The notes beneath the pieces are model-generated. The model was not told the origin of the DNA, made no database searches, and saw only the letters and a list, made by a program, of their open reading frames with translations. Positions 19,972-28,909 of a stretch of 64,000 bases of DNA are shown here, one piece after another (the first letter of the stretch is position 1; each line of letters starts with the position of its first letter). The stretch lies in the IMG/VR virus record IMGVR_UViG_3300020187_000010; one strand, given 5' to 3'. The DNA is from a virus. The position numbers and the translations under genes were made by a program.

Positions 19972-20556
19972 ATGTCTGACATATTCAATAGATTAGAACG
20001 ACAGGCATTCCGTGCGGGTATTACACCTCGGACGAAGGAAAGTCGTGCGTGGTTTCTGAAGAAAGCACAGAATATGCGGGGTATCAATCGAGAGTCTTTG
20101 ATGAAGGAAGAACCCATCAAGGCAAGATCTAAACAGATCATTGGTGGTATGTTCATGTTTACCTATGATCCTAAACATAAAGACAAACTACCATACTATG
20201 ATGCATTTCCATTGGTGATTGTTCTTGGGCCTGCGAAGGGTGGATTCTTAGGATTGAATCTACACTATCTACCACCCAAGTTGAGGATGCAGTTCTTTGC
20301 GAACATCATGGATATCCAAGGTAGTAAGTTGAGTGAAGATGATAAGTTTTCTTTGACATATAGAATGTTAAAGAAATCTTCGAATCTGAGATACTTCAAA
20401 CCATGTGTTAAACATTATTTGAATTCTCAGGTCACCAGTCGTTTTGCGGAAGTACCTGCACCAGAATGGGAGATTGCAATCTTTCTGCCAACCGCACAGT
20501 TCCGCAAACGAAACAGTTATAAGGTTCATTACGATAGTAGGCAGATGATACGATGA
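19972..20556 (+). CDS. gp2: DNA end protector gp2
   Basis: YDPKHKDKLPYYD.FPLVI, GFLGLNLHYLPP..R, PCVKHYL, W..A.FLP. Confidence 0.92.
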   Translation: MSDIFNRLERQAFRAGITPRTKESRAWFLKKAQNMRGINRESLMKEEPIKARSKQIIGGMFMFTYDPKHKDKLPYYDAFPLVIVLGPAKGGFLGLNLHYLPPKLRMQFFANIMDIQGSKLSEDDKFSLTYRMLKKSSNLRYFKPCVKHYLNSQVTSRFAEVPAPEWEIAIFLPTAQFRKRNSYKVHYDSRQMIR

Positions 20557-21281
20557 GTGCAGGATTTTCAATCGAAGACCTAAAGGGTCAAATAGGTGGT
20601 TCAGGTGGACTTGCGAAAGCAAACCAGTTCATGGTTCAACTACCCCAACTAGAGAATTTCAGAGTAGATGCGAGAGAGTTGAATTTATTCTGTACGGTCG
20701 CTGCATTACCTGGCCGACAGATCATGAGTTTAGATCATGCGATTGGTACAACCAACCGAAAGATTGCGAATGGATATGCAACAACAGATCTGACATTGAC
20801 TTTTCTGGTTGCGAACAATCACATCATTCGTCAGTACTTCGAAGCGTGGCAGAATGAAGCACACGATCAGGTAAATCGAACTGTGGGTTATTTCGAAGAC
20901 TACACTAAAACAGTTCAGATTTCTACTATGGAAAGAGGTCTTAGATTAAGTATTGTTAAGAAACAATTAGGATTTGTAGATAAGGTACCGAGTTTCTTAA
21001 AGAATCGATTACCAAAGATAGGCCCTTTTGATCTTTCTCAAGGAGAACTTGATCTTGGTGGTTCCTTTTCTATGAAGACTACATATACATGTAACCTGTT
21101 GGAATGTTATCCAACATCATTGACTGATCAAACATTGGGTAATGGTGAAGAAGGTGTTATGGAATTGAGTGTACAATTGTCGTATACTGATTGGGAAAGT
21201 GTGGTCGGTGACTACACTAAAGAAGGTGAAGATATTGCACGTGGTGCGGTAAGCGGAGTCTTTGCAAAATTATTTGGTTAA
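20553..21281 (+). CDS. Tail tube/baseplate tube initiator (gp19/gp54 family)
   Basis: GGLAKANQF.V, LFC..A.LPG, YFE.WQ, CYPTS......L......L.V...Y. Confidence 0.7.
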   Translation: MSAGFSIEDLKGQIGGSGGLAKANQFMVQLPQLENFRVDARELNLFCTVAALPGRQIMSLDHAIGTTNRKIANGYATTDLTLTFLVANNHIIRQYFEAWQNEAHDQVNRTVGYFEDYTKTVQISTMERGLRLSIVKKQLGFVDKVPSFLKNRLPKIGPFDLSQGELDLGGSFSMKTTYTCNLLECYPTSLTDQTLGNGEEGVMELSVQLSYTDWESVVGDYTKEGEDIARGAVSGVFAKLFG

Positions 21282-21296
21282 TTATTGGAGAATATA

Positions 21297-22004
21297 ATGG
21301 CATTACCTAAGTTAAACTCGACACCACAATATAGTTGTGTTATCCCTTCAACCAAAGAGACGATTAAATATCGTCCCTATTTGGTGAAAGAAGAAAAGAT
21401 TCTAATGATCGCATTCGAGACCGGAGATCAGAAGGCTGCATTAAATGCAATCATCAATACTCTCCAAGCCTGTATCGAAGGTGAAGTTGGAGTAGCAGAC
21501 TTAACAACATTTGATGTTGAGTATTTGTTCACCCAAGTCAGATCAAGATCTGTTGGTGAGAATGCGAAGATTTTAGTCCCATGTGGTTCGTGTGGACATA
21601 AGAATGAAATTGATATTGAGTTATCAAACATCGAGATCGTGTATCCCGAGAACTTTAATTCCCGAATCGAGATCACAGATCAGGTTGCGGTAGAGATGAA
21701 GTATCCTTCATATTCAGATGTACTGTCTATGAATTTCGAGAGTGATCAGACCGAGATGGGTATGCAGATTCTTGCTCAATCCATCGATGCGATCTTGACC
21801 GAAGACGAAAGAATTTCCACGAAGGATGTGGGTAACAAAGAAGTGATGGACTTCATTGAGTCTATGACATCTGACCAATTTAAAAAGATGTCTGATTTCT
21901 TAGAGTCGATACCTTCATTGAAGAAAGAGATTAAACAACCTTGTTTGGATTGTGGAGAAACAATCGAACGAACATTGCAAGGGATTAGCGATTTTTTATC
22001 ATAA
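21297..22004 (+). CDS. gp26: Baseplate hub assembly protein gp26
   Basis: MALPKL..PQY...IPST...IKYRPYLVKEEKIL, FDVEYLF...R..SVGE, CxxC...CxxC, L.G..DF end. Confidence 0.88.
   Translation: MALPKLNSTPQYSCVIPSTKETIKYRPYLVKEEKILMIAFETGDQKAALNAIINTLQACIEGEVGVADLTTFDVEYLFTQVRSRSVGENAKILVPCGSCGHKNEIDIELSNIEIVYPENFNSRIEITDQVAVEMKYPSYSDVLSMNFESDQTEMGMQILAQSIDAILTEDERISTKDVGNKEVMDFIESMTSDQFKKMSDFLESIPSLKKEIKQPCLDCGETIERTLQGISDFLS
21992..21998 (+). other. Candidate -1 ribosomal frameshift slippery heptamer T TTT TTA
   Basis: X-XXY-YYZ heptamer in the gp26 reading frame, one codon before its stop; the -1 frame is open into the gp51-like ORF. Confidence 0.65.
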
Positions 22005-22021
22005 ACCTTTCTCACGATAAT

Positions 22022-22192
22022 TTGGTCAATCATTATAAGACCAACTTTTCGTTGATGCAACATCATCATTATAGTCTAGGTGAGTTAGATATGATGATGC
22101 CGTGGGAAAGGGAGATTTACGTTAGTATGTTAATTGATTATGTGAAGGAAGAAAACGACCGTATAAAACAAGAACAACAAAGAAATGGATAA
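22022..22192 (+). CDS. gp51: Baseplate hub assembly catalyst gp51-like (not in ORF track; probably the frameshift extension of gp26)
   Basis: LVNHYKTNFSLMQHHHYSLGELDMMMPWEREIYVSMLIDYVKEEN; no ATG before the conserved region; TTG at 22022 without a clear SD. Confidence 0.75.
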   Translation: MVNHYKTNFSLMQHHHYSLGELDMMMPWEREIYVSMLIDYVKEENDRIKQEQQRNG

Positions 22193-22198
22193 ACCAAA

Positions 22199-24376
22199 AT
22201 GGCAGAACAGAACTTAGGTAACGCGATAGAACTCCTTAGAACGGAGAACGCAAAGCAATCCGCAGACCAAGTACAGTCTACAGATCAGATCAATAAGAAC
22301 ATTGAAAAGTTCCTAAAGGGTCTGGCTGCCATGGCGGGTGACAAAGAAGAAGAGAGACGCGACAAGAAGAAAGATAAACCAGAAGGCGCTGTAGGGTTTA
22401 AGAAATCTGATATCACCGGTGGTTTCGGATTGGCTGGAATGGTCGGTGGTATTCTTGCAGCAGTTACAGGATTTGCGGTAGGTGTAGTAGATGCCTTCAA
22501 ACGACTCCTGAGTAACTTGATTCCTAAGTCTATCAAGAATGCATTTAAGAATTTGAGTAATGCATTTAAGGCAGGAACGAATGGTGTTAAGGGTCTGTCT
22601 AAAGCTGCGAATGGCGCTTTCCGATCACTCAACACTATAGAAAAGGGTATTCGTGCATTAGGTGTTGGATTCCAGTTTGCAGTCGATAAGTTAAAATCTG
22701 CGGGTAAATTAATCCAAGGCGGTTTCCTCAAAACAGTTAATGGGATTAAGAGTGCTATACTTTTCCTCGCCAAACCTTTCATTGCAATCAACAAGGCATT
22801 TAGTGGGGCACAAGGTGGTATTGGTTTCCTTTCAAAAGCAAGTGCAACCATAGGAGAATTCTTTAAGGGTATTGGAACCAAGATTAAAGGTTTCACTGAC
22901 CTGTTCGGTAAGTCAGGATTCCTCGGTAAAATCTTTAATGTGTTCCGAGCACTAGGAACCAAGATTCCTGTTATCGGTCAGATCATCGCTGGTGTGATGG
23001 CAATCTTCGATGGTTTCGGTGACGCGGCCAAAGAGGTTGGTGGTTTCGGTAGTAAAATAATCAGATTCCTTACTTCTGGAATAGGTACATTCTTTGGTGT
23101 AGTGATTGGTGGTATCGGAGATCTTGTCAAGTGGGCTGTGAGTAAACTTGCGGGTTTATTTGGTCTTGATAAAGTAAGTGCATTTCTAGACTCGTTTTCA
23201 TTCGAAGAAATAATCATTGATATGTTCGATAGTCTTGGTACTATGTTGATTGATGCTAAAGACTTTGTAGTTGGTGCCTTTACCGGTGGGTTCGACAATT
23301 TCATGTCTAAATTACCAACTATGATTAAAACTGTTCTTGACTATACAATATTTGCGATACCCACTCTTTTGTCCAAAGCTGCACAATTTATTGGTGATGC
23401 GCTTGGTTTTGATATGAGTATGTTAGATGGTTTCAGTCCAACACAATATTTAATAGATATGATGGCATCTGTCACAAAAGTTGTTTCAGATTCATTTAAC
23501 TGGATCGTTGATAAAGTTACCAACTTTGATTTTGGTGCAGCACTAGGTGCAGCACTTGATTGGGGTCATGAGATGATGATGAAATTAAAAGGCATCATCG
23601 CAGGTATTTTACCAGACGCAGATTCATGGGCAGGTAAACTGATTCCAGATGCGGTCTATGATTATGTGAATGAAGCTCCACCTAAACCAGTAGAGAAAGC
23701 AAAGGAAGAACCAGTCGCACAAATGGATTTGGGTGAAGATGCGCCTGGCGCATTGACTCAAAAAGACGTTATCGGTATTAGTGCAGAAGAACAAGCATCC
23801 AACGTTGTATCACTCGAAGCTGCACGTGCCGGAGATACTTCAGTTGGTGATGACCTAGACTCGATATCTGTCACTCCCAAGGAGATGAATGAGGTAACTA
23901 AACAGTTCATCAAAGATATGGAAGATCCCCAATGGATGGCTGAGGCAGCGGAAAAACGCAAGAAGCGTGAAGAAGACTTCGCAAAAATGGAAGAGGGATC
24001 TAAGAAGGCACGACTATCCAGAGAAGAAAAACTTGCTGTCATGAAAGAAAAACGTGATGCAAGGATGTTGGAAAGAGAAAACAAATACCGCGCAATGAAA
24101 GAGTCCGGTATGAAGGACGGCGAGAAACTTTCAGCCGACCAATTAGGACAGGTTGATCGTAGTCTCGAAAGAATTGAAGCAATCAAAAAGTATCGTGGTG
24201 TGGATGTTGATAATATGTCTAGAGAGAATGCACGTTCTAGTGGTGGAAACGCAGTCACAGTAGTTGCACCATCTTCACAGAACGTGACAAACAATACCAA
24301 TCAAAGTACTGCTGCGATTATGTCACAGAATCAACCGACAGTTGATCAGAACGATAGGACTTATGCTGTAGCATAA
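22199..24376 (+). CDS. Probable tail tape measure / gp29-like baseplate hub protein
   Basis: 725 aa, G/A/F/K-rich amphipathic helical repeats, hydrophobic segments, follows gp26/gp51, C-terminal NAVTVVAPSSQNVTNN. Confidence 0.65.
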   Translation: MAEQNLGNAIELLRTENAKQSADQVQSTDQINKNIEKFLKGLAAMAGDKEEERRDKKKDKPEGAVGFKKSDITGGFGLAGMVGGILAAVTGFAVGVVDAFKRLLSNLIPKSIKNAFKNLSNAFKAGTNGVKGLSKAANGAFRSLNTIEKGIRALGVGFQFAVDKLKSAGKLIQGGFLKTVNGIKSAILFLAKPFIAINKAFSGAQGGIGFLSKASATIGEFFKGIGTKIKGFTDLFGKSGFLGKIFNVFRALGTKIPVIGQIIAGVMAIFDGFGDAAKEVGGFGSKIIRFLTSGIGTFFGVVIGGIGDLVKWAVSKLAGLFGLDKVSAFLDSFSFEEIIIDMFDSLGTMLIDAKDFVVGAFTGGFDNFMSKLPTMIKTVLDYTIFAIPTLLSKAAQFIGDALGFDMSMLDGFSPTQYLIDMMASVTKVVSDSFNWIVDKVTNFDFGAALGAALDWGHEMMMKLKGIIAGILPDADSWAGKLIPDAVYDYVNEAPPKPVEKAKEEPVAQMDLGEDAPGALTQKDVIGISAEEQASNVVSLEAARAGDTSVGDDLDSISVTPKEMNEVTKQFIKDMEDPQWMAEAAEKRKKREEDFAKMEEGSKKARLSREEKLAVMKEKRDARMLERENKYRAMKESGMKDGEKLSADQLGQVDRSLERIEAIKKYRGVDVDNMSRENARSSGGNAVTVVAPSSQNVTNNTNQSTAAIMSQNQPTVDQNDRTYAVA

Positions 24377-24399
24377 AAAAAGGGGGACTTGCGTCCCCC
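24375..24399 (-). terminator. Rho-independent terminator after gp32
   Basis: GGGGGAC-N4-GTCCCCC hairpin followed by T7 on the - strand, between convergent genes. Confidence 0.85.
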
Positions 24400-24406
24400 C
24401 GTGTTA

Positions 24407-25327
24407 CTAGTCTTCTTGTGCCATCTGCGCAAAGTAAGATAGTGTGTCATCTTCCTCCGCGACAGCACCTACCGTTGGTGCAGGAGCAGAAACAATCTCA
24501 GGTTGTGGTGCAGAACGTCCAACGTTCGCTTCCGCAGTCTGAGTTAATGCTTCATTACGGATGGTGGTGTTAGCACCTACCGCAGTACCCAATACCAATT
24601 CCAGACGTGACTCTAATTCCTGATAGGTTTTAAAGTTAGCAGGATCTACGAACTCACCCAAGTCATACTGTTGATTATAAGTGGCTTCGAGTTTAGTCTC
24701 GTCCGACTCATACAATGCAGAAGTGGACTTGAACTCCGACTTATCATAGTTACGGTAACCCGCAACATTACGAATCTTCAGTTCGAAGTCAGCACCATTC
24801 CAAAAATCAAATGGGTTGATAGGAGTTTCGCCAGGGAATTGTGGTTGCATCAGATCCATGATTTTGTCAAAGATCTTCTTACCAAACTCATAGTAAAATA
24901 CTTTACCATTGTTCGATGGGTTTGCAGGATCGTTTACCACAAGTATATTAGACACGTAGTGAAGACGGCGCTTCTGTTTACGTGCAGTTTCTTTGTCATC
25001 TTCGATACCCGAGTTCCACAGACGTGAATTCAGTTCGGATACAGGATCCTTCTGACCGATGGTAGTCAACGATTTCTCGATGTACCATTGACCTTGAGGG
25101 CCTTTGAATCCGTGATCCCAATATCGTACCCAAGGCATATCTTGACCTTCCATTGCAGGAAGGAAACGGACTACTGCGTAACCATTGCCGTTATCATCAA
25201 CGGTTGGTTTCCACTTACGTTCGTCATCGTACTTATTGGTTTTGGTGTTAGTACCAGATGCTTCTTGAGCGGCAGATACTAATTTAGAAATGTCGGTAGA
25301 ACGACTTTTTAGGTTTGCAAAAGACAT
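24407..25327 (-). CDS. gp32: Single-stranded DNA-binding protein gp32
   Basis: DERKWKP..D..GNGYAV.RFLP, HGFKGP.GQWYIE.SLTT.G..DPV, FGKKIFDKI, FDFW.GADF.LK, NYDKSEF, acidic tail. Confidence 0.95.
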   Translation of the reverse strand: MSFANLKSRSTDISKLVSAAQEASGTNTKTNKYDDERKWKPTVDDNGNGYAVVRFLPAMEGQDMPWVRYWDHGFKGPQGQWYIEKSLTTIGQKDPVSELNSRLWNSGIEDDKETARKQKRRLHYVSNILVVNDPANPSNNGKVFYYEFGKKIFDKIMDLMQPQFPGETPINPFDFWNGADFELKIRNVAGYRNYDKSEFKSTSALYESDETKLEATYNQQYDLGEFVDPANFKTYQELESRLELVLGTAVGANTTIRNEALTQTAEANVGRSAPQPEIVSAPAPTVGAVAEEDDTLSYFAQMAQED

Positions 25328-25416
25328 ATGTTTTCTCCAGTATGTTCAGCGTTTTCAGTTTATTTACAGTTTTTTTACACAGCGTATTTTCAAATGTTTC
25401 TTGATTGTACCATAGT

Positions 25417-25445
25417 ATTCTAACCTATTTATACACATAAGTCAA
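25417..25445 (-). promoter_or_regulatory. Nested sigma70 and late promoter for gp32
   Basis: TTGACT-N17-TAGAAT with TATAAATA (25426-25433) inside the spacer. Confidence 0.75.
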
Positions 25446-25453
25446 GTGTTATT

Positions 25454-25726
25454 TTAAACATCCAGAGAATTAGTTTTCTCTAGGAAGTTCAAATTCATCG
25501 CCTCGGTTTCAAGACAATCTATAATTGAAGGCGTCAAGTACTTCTTAACATCTTCAACTTCCATGTTATTCTTCTCGCACATATGAACAATAGAGTCCAT
25601 ATAGTTAAGTCCGGAACTACGTACCGTCCTCTCCACCATCTTCGAGAACCTCTTCTTGTTCATGAAGTTTTCGCTTGTGTTCGTCTCTTCGGTACTCAGA
25701 TTCGGTACCGTAAATTCTATCGTCAT
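25454..25726 (-). CDS. gp33: Late promoter transcription co-activator gp33
   Basis: FSKMVE..V....NYMD.IV..CE.N..E.E.V.K.L...I...LE.EA..LNFL; start may be internal (MNKKRF). Confidence 0.85.
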   Translation of the reverse strand: MTIEFTVPNLSTEETNTSENFMNKKRFSKMVERTVRSSGLNYMDSIVHMCEKNNMEVEDVKKYLTPSIIDCLETEAMNLNFLEKTNSLDV

Positions 25727-26180
25727 TCTCTTTCATCTCCTCGGTGTATTCACCGATATCTTTATAAAACCATCCCACAACTCTCTTGGGACGACCACTA
25801 GGAAAGTATGCAATAGCATGAACGACAGTACCCATCTTACCTTCTCGATGTCTTCCATAACGTGCATCTAACCAGATACTAGAGTCGAGATACCTTTTCA
25901 GGTTTCCGAGATATACCTCTAGTGTCTGATACTCATGTCTTTCCTTAGAATCCTTCGATAGTCGTTGTGCCTTCTTGGATCGAAGTTCCACACCTATCTC
26001 TTTGACCCACTCGCGAACCTTTCTCCAATGTATCGGACTATCATCATCCATATCCAATAACAAAGGATGTACAGATTTTGAACCATCATGACCACGAGCC
26101 TCTCGTGCTTTTGCGAGTCTTTCACTCGCAGCGGCACGTTGGGCATCAGACATTGGTTTACGTTTGCGTTTTACTACCAT
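25617..26180 (-). CDS. Hypothetical protein (basic N-terminus)
   Basis: 187-aa ORF with operon-like overlaps. Confidence 0.7.
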   Translation of the reverse strand: MVVKRKRKPMSDAQRAAASERLAKAREARGHDGSKSVHPLLLDMDDDSPIHWRKVREWVKEIGVELRSKKAQRLSKDSKERHEYQTLEVYLGNLKRYLDSSIWLDARYGRHREGKMGTVVHAIAYFPSGRPKRVVGWFYKDIGEYTEEMKENDDRIYGTESEYRRDEHKRKLHEQEEVLEDGGEDGT

Positions 26181-26512
26181 GCTTCACACCGATATTCTAC
26201 AAGGTTTTCAGTACGGAAAGATCTCCAGTCATTCACTTCGGTATCGAATAGAACAACTAGTTCTTCATTACTCTTGCGTTCCTTACCTTCTTCGGGTACC
26301 TTGTCTAACGGAATATGTTCGGAACTCAAAGTACCAATCATATTACGAAGATCACCATTCACCTTCTTGAACTGTAGGTGCACGATACCCTCTTTCAAAG
26401 CATCAACTATTCCTTGCTTCTTCAATTCGAGCGACTGCTTCTTCATCATCTCCGGTGTTAGTTCGTTCACTGCTTGTTCCATTATCATCTCCTGACCCTG
26501 AGGCCTCTTCAT
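26174..26512 (-). CDS. Sm-like/SH3 beta-barrel protein (WYL_2/DUF2693-like)
   Basis: V.L.F.KVNGD.R.M.GTL...V.FD.E..DWRSFR.E; real start probably ~26482-26488. Confidence 0.7.
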   Translation of the reverse strand: MKRPQGQEMIMEQAVNELTPEMMKKQSLELKKQGIVDALKEGIVHLQFKKVNGDLRNMIGTLSSEHIPLDKVPEEGKERKSNEELVVLFDTEVNDWRSFRTENLVEYRCEAW

Positions 26513-26723
26513 GTAGTTGTTTTACCCAATCATCACCTTCATCAAAGTAAACGATTAATCGTTCGTTTGCAATGATAAGATCTTCGATGTTTTTTAACTC
26601 ACTTTCATCAGCACCATCTTTAATACGTTCTTGGACGTAAATGATGTTATTGACATAAGTGTCTTTCAGAATACGTTTAGTTACTTCTACGTCTTCTTTG
26701 AACTGCTTTTCCGTGTAGGACAT
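26403..26723 (-). CDS. Hypothetical acidic protein
   Basis: ORF with GGAG SD upstream. Confidence 0.6.
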   Translation of the reverse strand: MSYTEKQFKEDVEVTKRILKDTYVNNIIYVQERIKDGADESELKNIEDLIIANERLIVYFDEGDDWVKQLHEEASGSGDDNGTSSERTNTGDDEEAVARIEEARNS

Positions 26724-26849
26724 AACGGGTCTTCTCCTTCAATTTTATTAATTTCTTGTTCATGCAGAACTTGCATTCTTCGTGATCTTCTTTGACTCTG
26801 TAATCTTTGTTGCGCAGATCTGAGTTTAAGATATCTCATTTGTTTAGAC

Positions 26850-26878
26850 ATTATATATCATTTCCTTACCACTGTCAA
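26850..26878 (-). promoter_or_regulatory. Consensus sigma70 promoter
   Basis: TTGACA-N17-TATAAT, exact consensus. Confidence 0.8.
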
Positions 26879-26989
26879 GTTAAATTTACCACTTTTTTAC
26901 ATTCATTCAGTCTACGAATACTCGACATCACTCCATATAGGTCATCCTCATTGTCTACACTAAACGCCAACCAAAATATTAACATCACT

Positions 26990-27535
26990 CTAAGGAGATA
27001 CAAACCAAGTTGGTGTCTCGCGTTTTGTCCATTTGGCAAAGTACTTTTTCTCCTGTACATAGTAGGTACGGTATCCGTCAACTACACTATCTCTTTTACA
27101 TTCGTCAGGCATACACTGTGGCATAACTGACTCATAGGCGGTCTGTTTGATGTTCTTAGGCGCAAACCATAACATACCGGATAGTTTGTCGTAGGTCGCA
27201 TGAACACGTCCATACCGGTGTTCATACTCCTTTGCAGTGGCCTTGAAGTGTTTGTATAACCAACGATAGTTCTTATCGTTCTCGCGACACCAGATGTTAG
27301 ATGGGTGGTTGACATGAGATGCCTTGTACAACAACTCCTCACGTGCAGATTCTGTAACCCTCCACCGTTTGATTTTACTACCGTTCTTGGTCTTGTCCAA
27401 ATACAACTCACCATCCAGTACACGATGTGCGGTAGACAGTAGTTGACCATATTCGATAACCATCTTGACTACATGTTTGTCACACATCAACTGTGCAGCT
27501 TTCACAGGATCATCATCTAATCGAAATACATTCAT
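26990..27535 (-). CDS. Pyrimidine dimer DNA glycosylase / endonuclease V family
   Basis: MN.F.LD.DP..AA...CDKHVVKM..E..QLLSTAH, YK..H.NHPS..W, EY..RYG..H, YR.YY...K...A.W..R..P.W. Confidence 0.85.
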   Translation of the reverse strand: MNVFRLDDDPVKAAQLMCDKHVVKMVIEYGQLLSTAHRVLDGELYLDKTKNGSKIKRWRVTESAREELLYKASHVNHPSNIWCRENDKNYRWLYKHFKATAKEYEHRYGRVHATYDKLSGMLWFAPKNIKQTAYESVMPQCMPDECKRDSVVDGYRTYYVQEKKYFAKWTKRETPTWFVSP

Positions 27536-27831
27536 TAATCAAAGTCCTCACAATCCCAAACACAAGAAACGATATTCTCTACATTAATAATGGGCAATTT
27601 TAATTCCGTGGCGATTTGAATGGTGGTATATCCATCTTCGTACATACCAATAACATTTGATACAACCGTACTTGCACTATCATAAAAATCATCATCAAGG
27701 TTCCAACGTCCACCGGTACGTCTCTCTTCTTTCTTACGGTCAACCATAACCGCAGACTTGTTGAAACGTTTAGCGAACTTAGCGACAGGATTGGAGGTCT
27801 TACCCAATCCATGTTTCTTTTTATTCGTCAT
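27535..27831 (-). CDS. Hypothetical protein, possible C-terminal HTH
   Basis: NPVAK basic N-terminus; G.T..QIATELKL. Confidence 0.6.
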   Translation of the reverse strand: MTNKKKHGLGKTSNPVAKFAKRFNKSAVMVDRKKEERRTGGRWNLDDDFYDSASTVVSNVIGMYEDGYTTIQIATELKLPIINVENIVSCVWDCEDFD

Positions 27832-27917
27832 TTCCTTTCCCCTTTACCTCCCACCATACTACCATAAGTAAACAGAATATGGCAAGAGAAATAATATCAG
27901 AAAAAAGAAACTCACCA

Positions 27918-28277
27918 CTAATCATTGTTATACAACCCATAGTAAGTCTTACCAAAGATGCGGTATGCTTCTTTGTCTTTCACAACGTAGACTTCACGGA
28001 GACGACCAACATAACCAACACGAACAACCGTGTCGTAATCGATAGTTCCGTCACGCATCATCATGCGGAGGATCAAGTCATACTTCAAACCAATTGCGGA
28101 ATTCAAAAGTTCACCAACTTTATATTTTTCACGACCGAGTTGGATCTCTTTGTCAACGACAGGGCGTTCACCAAGTGCGTGAGAGACTTTCATATCACAA
28201 GTCAAGTCCATTCCCATGAACATAGAACGTTCACCAGTAGAACCGTACACAACATTACAAGTATATTGATTAAACAT
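27918..28277 (-). CDS. Hypothetical early protein
   Basis: ORF coupled by TAATG overlap. Confidence 0.6.
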   Translation of the reverse strand: MFNQYTCNVVYGSTGERSMFMGMDLTCDMKVSHALGERPVVDKEIQLGREKYKVGELLNSAIGLKYDLILRMMMRDGTIDYDTVVRVGYVGRLREVYVVKDKEAYRIFGKTYYGLYNND

Positions 28278-28444
28278 TATTTATCTTCCTCTTCAATTTT
28301 ATTACCATAGTAGTCGTTTTTACCTTCACGCATACCTTTTCGAATTTCGTCTCTTTCATACATCGCAGCGAGAGAACCACTGACCAAAAACACCGCAAAA
28401 ATAACTACCAACAACCAAGTTAGTATATTAGTTAACAATTCCAT
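28277..28444 (-). CDS. Small membrane protein
   Basis: MELLTNILTWLLVVIFAVFLVSG hydrophobic N-terminus; GGAGG SD; ATG overlaps the upstream TAA. Confidence 0.6.
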   Translation of the reverse strand: MELLTNILTWLLVVIFAVFLVSGSLAAMYERDEIRKGMREGKNDYYGNKIEEEDK

Positions 28445-28587
28445 TACTTCACCTCCACCTGATCGACCCAAGCAACATCACGTTCAAGATAAGTATGTCT
28501 GTAGTTAAGGGCATCGACCATAGTGTCGAACATCTTACAGTTTATTAACTGGTCATTAACAACGTTTCTCAATACATATTTAATCAT
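28444..28587 (-). CDS. Small hypothetical early protein (47 aa, not in ORF track)
   Basis: MIKYVLRNVVNDQLINCKMFDTMVDALNYRHTYLERDVAWVDQVEVK directly after an early promoter cassette and GAGAG SD. Confidence 0.6.
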   Translation of the reverse strand: MIKYVLRNVVNDQLINCKMFDTMVDALNYRHTYLERDVAWVDQVEVK

Positions 28588-28591
28588 AACT

Positions 28592-28691
28592 TTCTCTCTC
28601 ATCTCAATAGGGTACTATTATCTCATTATTAGAACAAGAATGCAACACTTATTTCACTTATTTTTAGAACATTTTGTTATAAGCATATAAC
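28592..28691 (-). promoter_or_regulatory. Early promoter cassette, copy 1
   Basis: AAATAAGTG-TTGCAT-N17-GATAAT with TG extended -10, GAGAGAG leader, and upstream GTTATA operator-like array. Confidence 0.75.
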
Positions 28692-28909
28692 TCATCGTTT
28701 GGTATCGTTTGGTAGAGGAAAGAGAAAATGTTGTCAGTCTCTTGTGAAGTATTGGCTGCATCGACAACTACCATGTCAACGTTATCATTGTCATACCAAT
28801 CCATCTTGTTGGTGAAGCGGTCTGCAACACGATTGAAGTAGAACACGTGAGTATCATCAGTCTTGGCGTAATTGAATATTCTGTCTTTCATAATCATCTT
28901 CTCTCTCAT
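28664..28909 (-). CDS. Hypothetical early protein
   Basis: ORF between two promoter cassettes; start probably ~28897. Confidence 0.6.
   Translation of the reverse strand: MREKMIMKDRIFNYAKTDDTHVFYFNRVADRFTNKMDWYDNDNVDMVVVDAANTSQETDNIFSFLYQTIPNDELYAYNKMF

Noticed and set aside
22285-24300. Several minus-strand ORFs of 60-225 aa
   Set aside because: Antisense shadows of the tape-measure-like gene.
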